Assembly (NCBI GenBank): GCA_047601445.1
Contig: JASGJH010000001.1
Coordinates: 6,944,001 to 7,008,000 of the forward strand
DNA: 64,000 nucleotides
DNA from: Myxococcales bacterium
GTDB lineage: Bacteria; Myxococcota_A; Polyangia; Polyangiales; DASUME01
Direction: 5' to 3'
Shown: piece after piece, positions 17,941 to 27,000 of the stretch
Layout: every line of letters starts with the position of its first letter
Position numbering within the stretch: position 1 is the stretch's first letter
Made by a program: the position numbers and the translations under genes
The notes under the pieces: model-generated
Databases searched by the model: none
Told to the model about the DNA's origin: nothing
Seen by the model: only the letters and a program-made list of their open reading frames with translations

Positions 17941-19557
17941 TCAAAGGGTCTTGAGGAAGGCCAAGAGCTGCTCCTTTTCCTGGGCCGAGAGGGAGGTCCC
18001 ATACTCGTGGCCCGTGTTGTGGCAGCCCTCTTGAGCCGTGTTGTAGAGGTGGTAGCGACGCTTCTGCTCGAAGCCCACGTCCGCGCGGAAGCCCACGTTG
18101 TCGTGATCGAGCACGTCGTACCCTCGATAGAACGCCAGTGGACGTTCGCCCTGGGCCCGCGAGCGCGCGATCTCTTCCCGCACCGCTCGCTCGACCTGCT
18201 GCGGTGACTTGCCCTCCACCAGCGCGCCAAAGCGGGCGGCCTGCGCGGGGGTGTCTTCGTGGGAGGGCTTGTTCAAGAGGTCGCGCAAGGTCGGCACGGA
18301 GCCGTTGTGCAGGTAGGGCGCTCGAGCCCACACCCCGTCGAGGGGCATGTTGGCGTAGCCATCGGTCTTGCGGAAATGACGGAAGCGCCAGTCGTGTCCT
18401 GCGCCGATGGTCCACTGACTTTCGGCGAACGCGTAGGTGTAGGAGAGCCAGCGCGAGGGGTCCGTGCCGATGGCCGCGAGCGGCTCCACCTTGCCCACGC
18501 GTCCACCCTGCCACTTGTTCTCGGGCAACCCGTGACAGCCATTGCAGTGTTGGCCGTACAGCTGCTTGCCCGCCGCGAAGCCTCCGCCATGGAGCTCTTC
18601 GGCCATCGCCTTGGGGGGCGGCACCATCTGCAGCCAAGCTGCGATGCGCTCGATGCGCGGCAGGTCGACCGACGTGGGCGTCACACCCGCGCCGATGGCC
18701 GCGCTGATGTTGCGCTCGAACAGGGAGTTGTTGTTGCCATCCCAGTGCAGCCGCATCTCCTTGCGAATGCCCTGGTTCCAGATGGACGGCAGGTCCGACG
18801 CGCCAGGCGCCGCGCGCTCCACCTCGGGATAGTTGAGTACCATCGCCTTGTACGGGTTGAAGGTGTCGATACGACCCTTGCCAGAGCGGAAGCGCTCGGT
18901 GCGCAGCGGCGCCAAGCGGCCCGCGCGCGCCAAAAGGGCCTCGCGCAGACGCGGCACGGCCGAGCGATAGATCAGGCGCTCCGCGGGGCCGAGCTTGGTG
19001 GTGGCGTCCACGTGGGCCATCACGTTGTCCACCGTGAATCGCGAGTCGCCCGCGCAGTCGAACAGGAACTCGAAGTACGCCAGCAAATCGAGGTTGTGGG
19101 CCGGCATGGTCAGCACGACCTCGCGCGGCGCTTCGGGTGCGCTGCGCACGGTCCCCGTGTGGCACACGGAGCAATTGAGGCCGACGAGCTCGATGCCGCT
19201 GGTCTGCCGCTTCGAGAAGCCGATCGGACGGTCGTGGCCCGGCTCCTGGATGAAGCCGAACGCACGGTAGTCTGGGCTCGAGCCATCGCCGCGCCGCTCG
19301 AGGTGGTCGGGGCACAGGCCCGGCATGACCTTCCAGAGCCAGTAGGGGATGCCGTTGTCCACGTCCGAGCCGATGGAGCCGTATTTGAAGTGCTCCTCGA
19401 CTGATACGTAGTCCGTGGGAATAGGCAATACGAAGCGGGTATAGATGCCGATGCCGCTCAGCAACACCACCGCGGCCGCGATGATCCAGCGGTTGCGCCG
19501 CGCGCGCAGCCTGAACTCCTCGACCGGCGTGAGCGGCGTGTCGTCCTGCTGGCTCAC
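17941..19557 (-). CDS. RoxA-like di-heme c-type cytochrome (paralog A), N-terminal membrane anchor
   Basis: FKYGSIG, CSVCH and CNGCH, GRIDTFNPYK, LHWDGN, GVWARAPYLHNGSVPTL, HNTGHEYG; GTGA overlap with upstream stop; GAGGAGG RBS. Confidence 0.85.
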   Translation of the reverse strand: MSQQDDTPLTPVEEFRLRARRNRWIIAAAVVLLSGIGIYTRFVLPIPTDYVSVEEHFKYGSIGSDVDNGIPYWLWKVMPGLCPDHLERRGDGSSPDYRAFGFIQEPGHDRPIGFSKRQTSGIELVGLNCSVCHTGTVRSAPEAPREVVLTMPAHNLDLLAYFEFLFDCAGDSRFTVDNVMAHVDATTKLGPAERLIYRSAVPRLREALLARAGRLAPLRTERFRSGKGRIDTFNPYKAMVLNYPEVERAAPGASDLPSIWNQGIRKEMRLHWDGNNNSLFERNISAAIGAGVTPTSVDLPRIERIAAWLQMVPPPKAMAEELHGGGFAAGKQLYGQHCNGCHGLPENKWQGGRVGKVEPLAAIGTDPSRWLSYTYAFAESQWTIGAGHDWRFRHFRKTDGYANMPLDGVWARAPYLHNGSVPTLRDLLNKPSHEDTPAQAARFGALVEGKSPQQVERAVREEIARSRAQGERPLAFYRGYDVLDHDNVGFRADVGFEQKRRYHLYNTAQEGCHNTGHEYGTSLSAQEKEQLLAFLKTL

Positions 19558-20996
19558 AGCGCCTCCTCGGCGACCTCTTCGGGAGCTTCGGCAGGAGCGC
19601 CGTCGGTGCGCTCATCGGTGCGCGGTTTGAACACCGCCATCACCTGCTCCATCATGCGCTCGTAGCGCTGCTCGAAGGTGGCCCCCTCGAAGCGCGAGAG
19701 CTCGTAGCAGCCCAGCGGGTTCTCGAGGTCGTTGAGCAAGCACTTGTTGCAGTAGGTGCAGGGCTTCTCGGGCCCCTCGCGGCGCTGCAAGATCTGCGGC
19801 AAGTCGCGGTTGGCGATCAGCGGGCGTGCGATGGTGACGGCGTCGCAGGCGCCACTGCGAATGGCTTCGGCGATGACGGGGGCGTGCTGGAAGCCGCCCG
19901 TGCACAGCACCGGTACGGACACACGCGCGCGCACGTAGCGGGCGTACTCCACGTTGATGCCTTCGATCACCTTGCCGCGGCGCATGCGCCAGTAGGCGCT
20001 GAACGCACGGCCGAGCACCGGGTTGGTGAAGATGGCGTAGTTCAGCTTGGTGCGTACGCCACTCGAGAGCATGCCGTCGTACCAGCGCGCCGCTTCCTGG
20101 AACGGGAAGTCACCGGGCGGATTGCGCGGGTGGGGGAAGGTGCTGCCGCTCGACACGTGGAAGGCGTCGACGCCGTTGCCGTTGTCCTCCAGGATCTTGC
20201 AGATGAGGGCAGTCTCCTCCAGCCGGTTGCCGCGCTTCTCGAACGGGTAGAGCCAGTCGTTGTGGTCGACGCCGTTGATCTTCATCTGCAAGTGGAAGTC
20301 ACGCCCCACGCGCGCGCGAATGGCGCGCACGATCTCCAGCACGAAGCGCGCACGGCCTTCGGGGCCGCCGCCGTATTCATCGTTGCGGTCGTTGATGCCA
20401 GAGCTCAGGAACTGGGTCAGTAGGTAGCCATTGGCACCATGGAGCTCGACGCCGTCCAGGCCGGCCTCCCGAGCGCGCCCGGCGCCGTCGGCGAACTGAC
20501 GAATCGTCTCTTCGATCTGCGCCTTGGTCATCGGGTCGCAGAGAATCCCGTGAAAATAGTCCTTCTTGCCGGTGGAGCTCAGCGCCCGCCGGTACAGATT
20601 CTCGACTCCTCCGAGGTCTTGCTGTCGACCCGAGTGGCTCAGCTGCATGATGAACTTGCAGTCGTGGCGGTGGACACGCTCGCCCACCTGACGCCAGAAC
20701 GGGATCTTGTCGTCGTTATCGATCATGGCGTAGCGGGTCATGATGCGGCCGCGCACCGTGACGGGGACGAACGAGGACACGATGGCGCCGATGCCACCCT
20801 TGGCGAAGCTCTCTTCCCAGGTGAGCCGCGCGTCTGAACCATGTCCGTCGTAGTGGTCGAAGGTGCCCGAAATGCTCGAGCGAACCAGGCGATTCTTGAT
20901 GCGAAGGTTGCGGAACTTCAGGGGCTTGTAGATCACAGAACGGTCCGAAGACGAGTCGGCCTTGGCCGCCTGTTCGCGCGCAGCAGGTGCTTGCAT
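19554..20996 (-). CDS. NADH:flavin oxidoreductase (old yellow enzyme family) with C-terminal Cys cluster
   Basis: IKNRLVRS, QLSHSGRQ, GLDGVELHGANGYLLTQFLS..NDRNDEYGG, IARPLIAN, CTYCNKC..C. Confidence 0.92.
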   Translation of the reverse strand: MQAPAAREQAAKADSSSDRSVIYKPLKFRNLRIKNRLVRSSISGTFDHYDGHGSDARLTWEESFAKGGIGAIVSSFVPVTVRGRIMTRYAMIDNDDKIPFWRQVGERVHRHDCKFIMQLSHSGRQQDLGGVENLYRRALSSTGKKDYFHGILCDPMTKAQIEETIRQFADGAGRAREAGLDGVELHGANGYLLTQFLSSGINDRNDEYGGGPEGRARFVLEIVRAIRARVGRDFHLQMKINGVDHNDWLYPFEKRGNRLEETALICKILEDNGNGVDAFHVSSGSTFPHPRNPPGDFPFQEAARWYDGMLSSGVRTKLNYAIFTNPVLGRAFSAYWRMRRGKVIEGINVEYARYVRARVSVPVLCTGGFQHAPVIAEAIRSGACDAVTIARPLIANRDLPQILQRREGPEKPCTYCNKCLLNDLENPLGCYELSRFEGATFEQRYERMMEQVMAVFKPRTDERTDGAPAEAPEEVAEEAL

Positions 20997-21175
20997 GGGG
21001 ATTTGTCCGTCGTGGGGAGGGTTGAGGTACGTCTAGGGCAAAACGACTTGAACGTCTGCAGACGACTACAACGGCGATCGGATGAATTCCGATACGAACC
21101 TGGGATGGTTCAGGCTCGCGAGAGAGTTAACTCTCAGGCGCCGAGCATGGGGGAGACTTAAGAGAGCAAGCCCTG

Positions 21176-21199
21176 GCGCGTGAAAATTCGCGCTTTTTT
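21176..21199 (+). terminator. Possible intrinsic terminator (GC stem followed by T6)
   Basis: GCGCG-TGAAAATT-CGCGC-TTTTTT. Confidence 0.4.
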
Positions 21200-21513
21200 G
21201 ACACAGTGGCCACGAATGGTGGCGCGAACGCCACAGTGCTTCAGCGCATTGCCCGCGACCGGCAAACGCTCGATGAGGCTTCGGATGCGCCAATGCATCT
21301 GAGTGTTGTCTTGTCCCAGGTCTGGTACGTCGGGTGCCGGCTTTTGCAAGGATTGGCGCACGCGCGTCTCACTTTCCGGGCACCGCACACCCGTCCTGAA
21401 AGAGGAACAAGCGGCACCATAAAATGGGGAAGAGACGTCCGCAGGCAGTGAGCGCAAGCGCCACAACGAGCACGTCAACCCGGCTTCCTGGTCGCGCGCT
21501 CCTTTCAGGGCAA

Positions 21514-24018
21514 CTACTTCGTGAGCCTCGTGCCAGGCCAACTCGACTTGCCGGCGAACTCCGGCATCTCCTCTTCGAGCCGCGACAGGATGACCTCGAT
21601 GTTCTTGAAGCGACGTGTGGTCTGCTCGAAGGTGGCCCAGAGAAACTCGGTGTTGGTCATCACCGCCAGGCCGTCGAAGCCATACTGCTTGGCCAGCGCT
21701 GCGTAGCCCTCGAACTGCTTCACGACATCGTTCACGGCCTGGAAGTGATAGGACGTCGTGGGGTTCTTGTTGCCTGCCTTCTCCTTCAGGTTGGCCATCG
21801 CCTTCTCGAGCATGTCCTTGTAGGTGAACTTCGACTCCCCGATCCACCAAGTGTCGTCTGCGCCCTTGATCACGCCGTCGAGCTTGTACTCCTTGCCATT
21901 CAGCGTGAGGTGCAGCTCGTACTCCGAGCCCATGCTGCTCTTCTGGTATTTGTAGTGCAGCAGCTTGCCCTGCTTGTCCGAGATGCGCGCCAGCTTGATC
22001 TTGCCCTCCGGGTCTTTCTGGACGGCCTCGATGAGCTTGCGCAGCGGTGGTGAGTCGCGAATCGCCTCGCGCCACTCGATGGGACCGCGGCCCTTGGGCG
22101 CCTTGAGCGCTCCCATGTACTTGTTGATATCGGCGCGCGAGAGCGGCACGCCCATGTTGTTCGTGACGTACTCGTCACCGATCTCGAGCTTCGCCATGAA
22201 CTCGTCGAGCTCTTGATCGTTCAGGCGCCCGGTGCCGCGGTTCTCCGCGCTCGCCGCGTTGTCATGGATGCCGCGGTCCTTGGGTTTGAAGTTGACGGTA
22301 TCCGCGAGGAGGCTGTTGTCGGCCTGCTCGAGCACCTCGGCGCCCTTGAGCTTGGGCCCGAAATGCGGGCGCGGCGCGAACAGTCCGATGGCGAGACCCA
22401 GGATCTTGGCAAGCGTGGGGTCGATCTTCTCGAGCTGTTCCTCGAGCTTGCCCGTGGTGTAGGTGAGGGCGATCTCGTAGATGAGTCCCACGAAGCCCGC
22501 TTCGATGAGAGTGGGCAGAAAGCCCATCGCCATGAACATGAGCTGGGTCAGGTGCACCATGCCGATGGTGTTCTCGTGGATCTCCACGAGCTTCTGGCCG
22601 TAGAGATGCTGGATCACCCAGGCGTCGGTGGCGTGAAAGAGCTGTGGCTTGAACCCAGAGAGCTCCACGAAGACGCGGTTGTCCTGCGGATGGATGTAGA
22701 CCACGCTGATGGCGCCGGCCTGGTTGTGCCTGCCGACCCGCGATCCAGCCTTGATGGTCCCTTTGGCCAGCTCCGGACCCGACTCGAACTTGCGATAGCT
22801 GGACCCCAGTTCACGCATGTCGGCGACCGCCGCGGTGTTGCGCGGGTCGCTCATGATGGCGGTGATCCTGCCGGGAGGGTTGGAGTTGCGCGCGGCCAGC
22901 CCGAGTAGATCCGTGATGTCGTTGAAGTTCTCCCACTTCTTCTGGATCTTCAGCGTGAAGTCGAGCGGCACCAGCGACAGGCCTCGCAGGCGTGTCTGCG
23001 TAATCAAGTAGGTGCTCAGGAAGCCCGCGATGGCGCCGATTGGAGCCATCAGGTCCTTGAAGACGCTGCCCAGGGGGTGCGTGATGTTCGACTTGTACAG
23101 AAACGAGCTCTTCTCTACCGAGCTCGTGAAGTACACGAGCTCTTCCTTGGTGAAGCCGAAGCGGTTCTTCTGGTAGGTCTTGCCACCCAGGCCCGACGCG
23201 TAGAGCTGCACGCAAGCGATGCCGTAAATGCCGTAGTAGAGCACCGTCTGGTCGTCCGCCATCGACGGCATGTCGGGCGTGATCTGCACGTCTTTCACGG
23301 CCTGAAACAGGCGCAAGAGATCGCCGTTGCCGGTGGTCCTGAACCACTCCCTCAGGTCGCCGAGCGCCTTCTGGAAGGCTTTGACGTTGTCCTCCGAGGC
23401 ATCCTTGCGAGCGTCGCGCCAACGGCGGCGCACCGTGTCCACTTGGATCTCGATGAGCTTCTTGAAGCTCGGCCGTGGGTCGAAGTTCCACAACTCTGCG
23501 TCGGTGGGCTTGCGCTTGTTGACGCGCTGGTACTCGTCGCGCAGCACATCGAGCAAGCTGCGCCGGTTTCTGCGCTTCTCCCTCTCCCGGGCGATGAAGA
23601 CGTTGAGGGCGCTACGGAAGCTGACGTCCAGGTCCACGTACCGCTTCCGGAAGCTATTGAAGGAGTCGGTGTCAGGGTCCGACTTGAAGAAGCCAGACCA
23701 GGTCTCGAACAGGCTCTCGTCGTCGACCTTGGCGCTCTGCTCGATGAGGAACTGATAGAGCTGGTCGGACTTGTAGTAGTGGATGGCGTTCGGGTTCGCG
23801 GCTTGGTTGCCGTAGGTGTTGAGATAGGCCTTCATCAAGTCCCAGAGGACAGCGCCGCTCTGGGTACTGAACACGATGCGACGCGCCTCGTCGTACTCGG
23901 CCTTGAACAGGTCTGGGTACTTGCGGGTAAAGGCCATCTGGTCGGCCATGCGCTCGGTCTTGGCCGAGAACACCCGCTCCATGAGCACGCGAAAGCGCTC
24001 GCTCGGCTTGGGGGCCAT
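21514..24018 (-). CDS. Large hypothetical protein, putative toxin with C-terminal restriction-endonuclease-fold domain
   Basis: GGAG RBS; central hydrophobic segment (LMFMAMGFLPTLIEAGFVGLIYEIAL); C-terminal E...LDGV...WIGESK...Q. Confidence 0.6.
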   Translation of the reverse strand: MAPKPSERFRVLMERVFSAKTERMADQMAFTRKYPDLFKAEYDEARRIVFSTQSGAVLWDLMKAYLNTYGNQAANPNAIHYYKSDQLYQFLIEQSAKVDDESLFETWSGFFKSDPDTDSFNSFRKRYVDLDVSFRSALNVFIAREREKRRNRRSLLDVLRDEYQRVNKRKPTDAELWNFDPRPSFKKLIEIQVDTVRRRWRDARKDASEDNVKAFQKALGDLREWFRTTGNGDLLRLFQAVKDVQITPDMPSMADDQTVLYYGIYGIACVQLYASGLGGKTYQKNRFGFTKEELVYFTSSVEKSSFLYKSNITHPLGSVFKDLMAPIGAIAGFLSTYLITQTRLRGLSLVPLDFTLKIQKKWENFNDITDLLGLAARNSNPPGRITAIMSDPRNTAAVADMRELGSSYRKFESGPELAKGTIKAGSRVGRHNQAGAISVVYIHPQDNRVFVELSGFKPQLFHATDAWVIQHLYGQKLVEIHENTIGMVHLTQLMFMAMGFLPTLIEAGFVGLIYEIALTYTTGKLEEQLEKIDPTLAKILGLAIGLFAPRPHFGPKLKGAEVLEQADNSLLADTVNFKPKDRGIHDNAASAENRGTGRLNDQELDEFMAKLEIGDEYVTNNMGVPLSRADINKYMGALKAPKGRGPIEWREAIRDSPPLRKLIEAVQKDPEGKIKLARISDKQGKLLHYKYQKSSMGSEYELHLTLNGKEYKLDGVIKGADDTWWIGESKFTYKDMLEKAMANLKEKAGNKNPTTSYHFQAVNDVVKQFEGYAALAKQYGFDGLAVMTNTEFLWATFEQTTRRFKNIEVILSRLEEEMPEFAGKSSWPGTRLTK

Positions 24019-24033
24019 GCTCTTGCTCCCGCC

Positions 24034-27000
24034 TCAGGCGTCGCTTGGCACCACGAGGGCACCGTTGTGACCACTGACCACGATTTGGCGCTCCACCTCG
24101 GGATCGTCGTACTTCTTGTCGAGCACGCGAGCCGCGTAGCGCAGGTTCTCGAGCTTGAGCCGGCGCGTCTCCTCGCGAGCCTTCTCGAGATCCATCACGC
24201 GGTGCTTCAGCTTGAAGTCCTCGAGCAGGGCGTGGGATCCGGGCAGGGCCTCGATGAACAGCGAGTCGGTCGGCACCACCACCTCGTCGCTGACCCGTCG
24301 CGGTGAGCTCAGGATCTGTTCGTACTGCTTCACCAGCCGCGCTTCGAGCGCCTGGTACTCGGCCGCGGGGAGATCGGCGGCGTCGCGGTGTTGCTTGAGC
24401 AAGCAGCGCGCGTAGCAGGCGAAGTCCTCGGGAGACCAGGCCCCGAGCTCGTCGGGGTCGTGCAGCCCGAGCTCGCTGTCGACGTAGGGCAACATCATCA
24501 GGTCCACCAAGGGGTTGCTCTTGCGCAGCGGGAACATCATGTAGTTCCCCTTGAAACCGAGCGGCTGGTCGAGGTCGGCGATCTCTGCCAGCGTCACGGC
24601 GTCCTGCTCCACCGTGATGCCGCCGTTCAGCGTGTAGTTGGCGGTGACCTTGAGCACGACGCTGCCGAGCGGGCGGGGCAGCAAGGGCGTGTCGGCCTCC
24701 TCGAGCTTGTAGGTCTTGGCGCTCTCGGTGATGCGCGGCGCCTTGACCTTGTAGAGCTGGAAGAAGGTCTGGTCCCGGAACGTGAACGACCAGATGGCCT
24801 GCATGTAGTAGAGGACGTTCTCCTTGAAGTGCGCGCGCAGGCCCGCCACCTCCATCAGTCGATTGGAGTGCTCGGCGTAGGCCTGGGCGTAGGCGTGCGC
24901 CGCGCCGTTGAGGGTTGCGGTCTCGGAGTCCAGCCGCATGCGGGTCTCCTTCTCCCGTCGCACCGAGCGCTCGAGTTCTTCGCGCCGCATGTCCTCGACG
25001 ATGCGGGCGGACTCCACGTCTTCTTCGCTGCCCTTGCCGAAGGCCCACTCGAAGGCGTCCTCGATGATGCCGTCGCCGTTGGCTTCGGCGGCCTTGATGG
25101 CGCGCTGGGTGATGGCCGCGTCGAGCGTGGCCTCGCGCGCCTTGACCTCGGCCTCCATGTCGCGCTGCATCTTCTGCAGCTGCGCCACCGCGGCTCGCAC
25201 CTCGGTCAGGTTGTTGGCCAGTTCGCGTAGCCCGAGCTCGTCGCCCACGATGCGATTGCACAGGTACTCGAGCGGCGCGCGGTAGCGGTCGTCGAGCAGC
25301 ACGCGGTTGATGATCCAGCTGTGTTTGAGCAACACCTTGTCGATGGACTTGCGATTGGGGTTCGGCACCTCCATGCCCACCAACACCACTGGCGTGAGGC
25401 GGTGGAGATGCTCGGACACGCGATAGCGTCGCTCGAGCTCGTAGAAGAGATAGGTGACCGTGAGCTCGTCGTTCGGATTGCTGACCTCCGAGGTCTCGGT
25501 GGTCTCCTGCTCCTCGGTGTCCTTGCTCTCGAAGCTCCAGTTCTTCTCCGAGCGCAGCTGCATGGCCGCGTTCAGCACATCTTCGTGGAAGGACTTCTTG
25601 GTCTCCTGCGAGGCGGCTTCGGCCGTGCGGTCCAGGGTGGTCGTGGAGTCGCCGCTGGCCAAGCCGATGTTGTAGGTACCCTTGGCGCTCAGGTTGAAGT
25701 TGCTCTTGGTCGAGGCGCGGTCGACCACCTCGGCGTCGGCGCGCGCTGTGGACTTGGTCTCGTCGTTTCGGTTCTTGAGGTTGGCCTCGGTCTCACGCTC
25801 GGAGCGCTCGCGCTTCACCGTGCGACGGCTCGTGACCTTGCGGGTCTCCTTGGGGGCCAGCGTGAGCGTGTGCACCAGGTCACCCGCCTGATAAGTGAGG
25901 GGCTCCCATTTCTGTCGGTAGGTGACGAGTACGCCGAAGTTGGTGCTGCCCGGGGCGAACACGTCGAACTTGTAGTTCTCGTAGAGGATCTCCTCGAGAT
26001 CCTGGAGCAGCTCGTGGGGCTGGGTGGTGCCGACGCTCACCGAGAGGTCGCCCGGGTTGATGACGATGCCTCCGCGGACGCCGCCGGTGCCCGTGCCACC
26101 GCCACCGCCTCCGCCACCACCGCCACCACCGCCGCCGCCTCCTCCTCCACCCCCGCCGCCGCCGCCGGGCCAACCCGGACCGTAGGGATCGGTGGGATCG
26201 AAGCTGCCGCCCTCGATGCCGCCGGCGTTGCGGACCCAGTCGGGAAGCGGCCCGTCGAAGCCGGTGTCGTTTACGCGCGCGATGATCTGGGTCTCCCGGC
26301 GCAGCGTAGTCACGGGATCGTTGCCCGCAGCCATGGCGGCCACGGCGTTGCCGCCCGCGTCCTCCAGGCGACGCGCCAACGCGGTGGCCGTGTCGAGCGC
26401 GCCGTCGTCGAGGATCTGTTGCCAGACGTAGTCGAAGGCGATCTGCAGGTTTTGGTAGTCGTGAAAGGCGGTGACGTCTGCGGGCCCCGAGCCGATCTTG
26501 AGCCGGTCGAGATTGTTCTGGACGTCTTCGGGCGTGGGGCGCCCGCTGCCATCGCTGATGGGGTGCTCGGGAGCGGACATCTCGTTGATCACGCGCCCCA
26601 CGAAGCGCGGCAAGTCCTGAATGCTGGCGTCATACTCGCCTGCGCCGTTTCCGCCCGAGCCGTTCGATCCGGACGTGGAGCCGCCTGCGGGCGTCGTCGA
26701 GGGCGACGCAGGGTCGGGCGCGAGGATCGGGTTCGGCGCCGATGCGGGTCGACACATTGCTTCGAGGGGATCGGTGCGCGTGATGGTGGTGGGGCGACCC
26801 TCTGCTTCACGGGCCCGGAACAGATAGGGTTCGATCTCTTGCTGCGTGACGTCGCTGCGGAAGCCCGTGGCCGTGCGGAAGGGACGCGCCTCCTCCTCGC
26901 TGAGTACCACGTAGGCCACCACGCCCTTGCTGTCGCTGTTGACCTTGCTGATGCGCTTGTTGGCGGCGTTCCACACCACCGGTCCCACGGGCTTGCCGGG

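Noticed and set aside
21036..21075. GGGCAAAAC resembling the start of a c-di-GMP-I riboswitch
   Set aside because: The GNRA-capped stem and GCAAA/P2 elements are missing, and no plus-strand gene follows
21066..21293. 75-aa minus-strand ORF as an immunity gene for the nuclease-like toxin
   Set aside because: TTG start without RBS, over 200 bp from the toxin stop, and no protein-like composition
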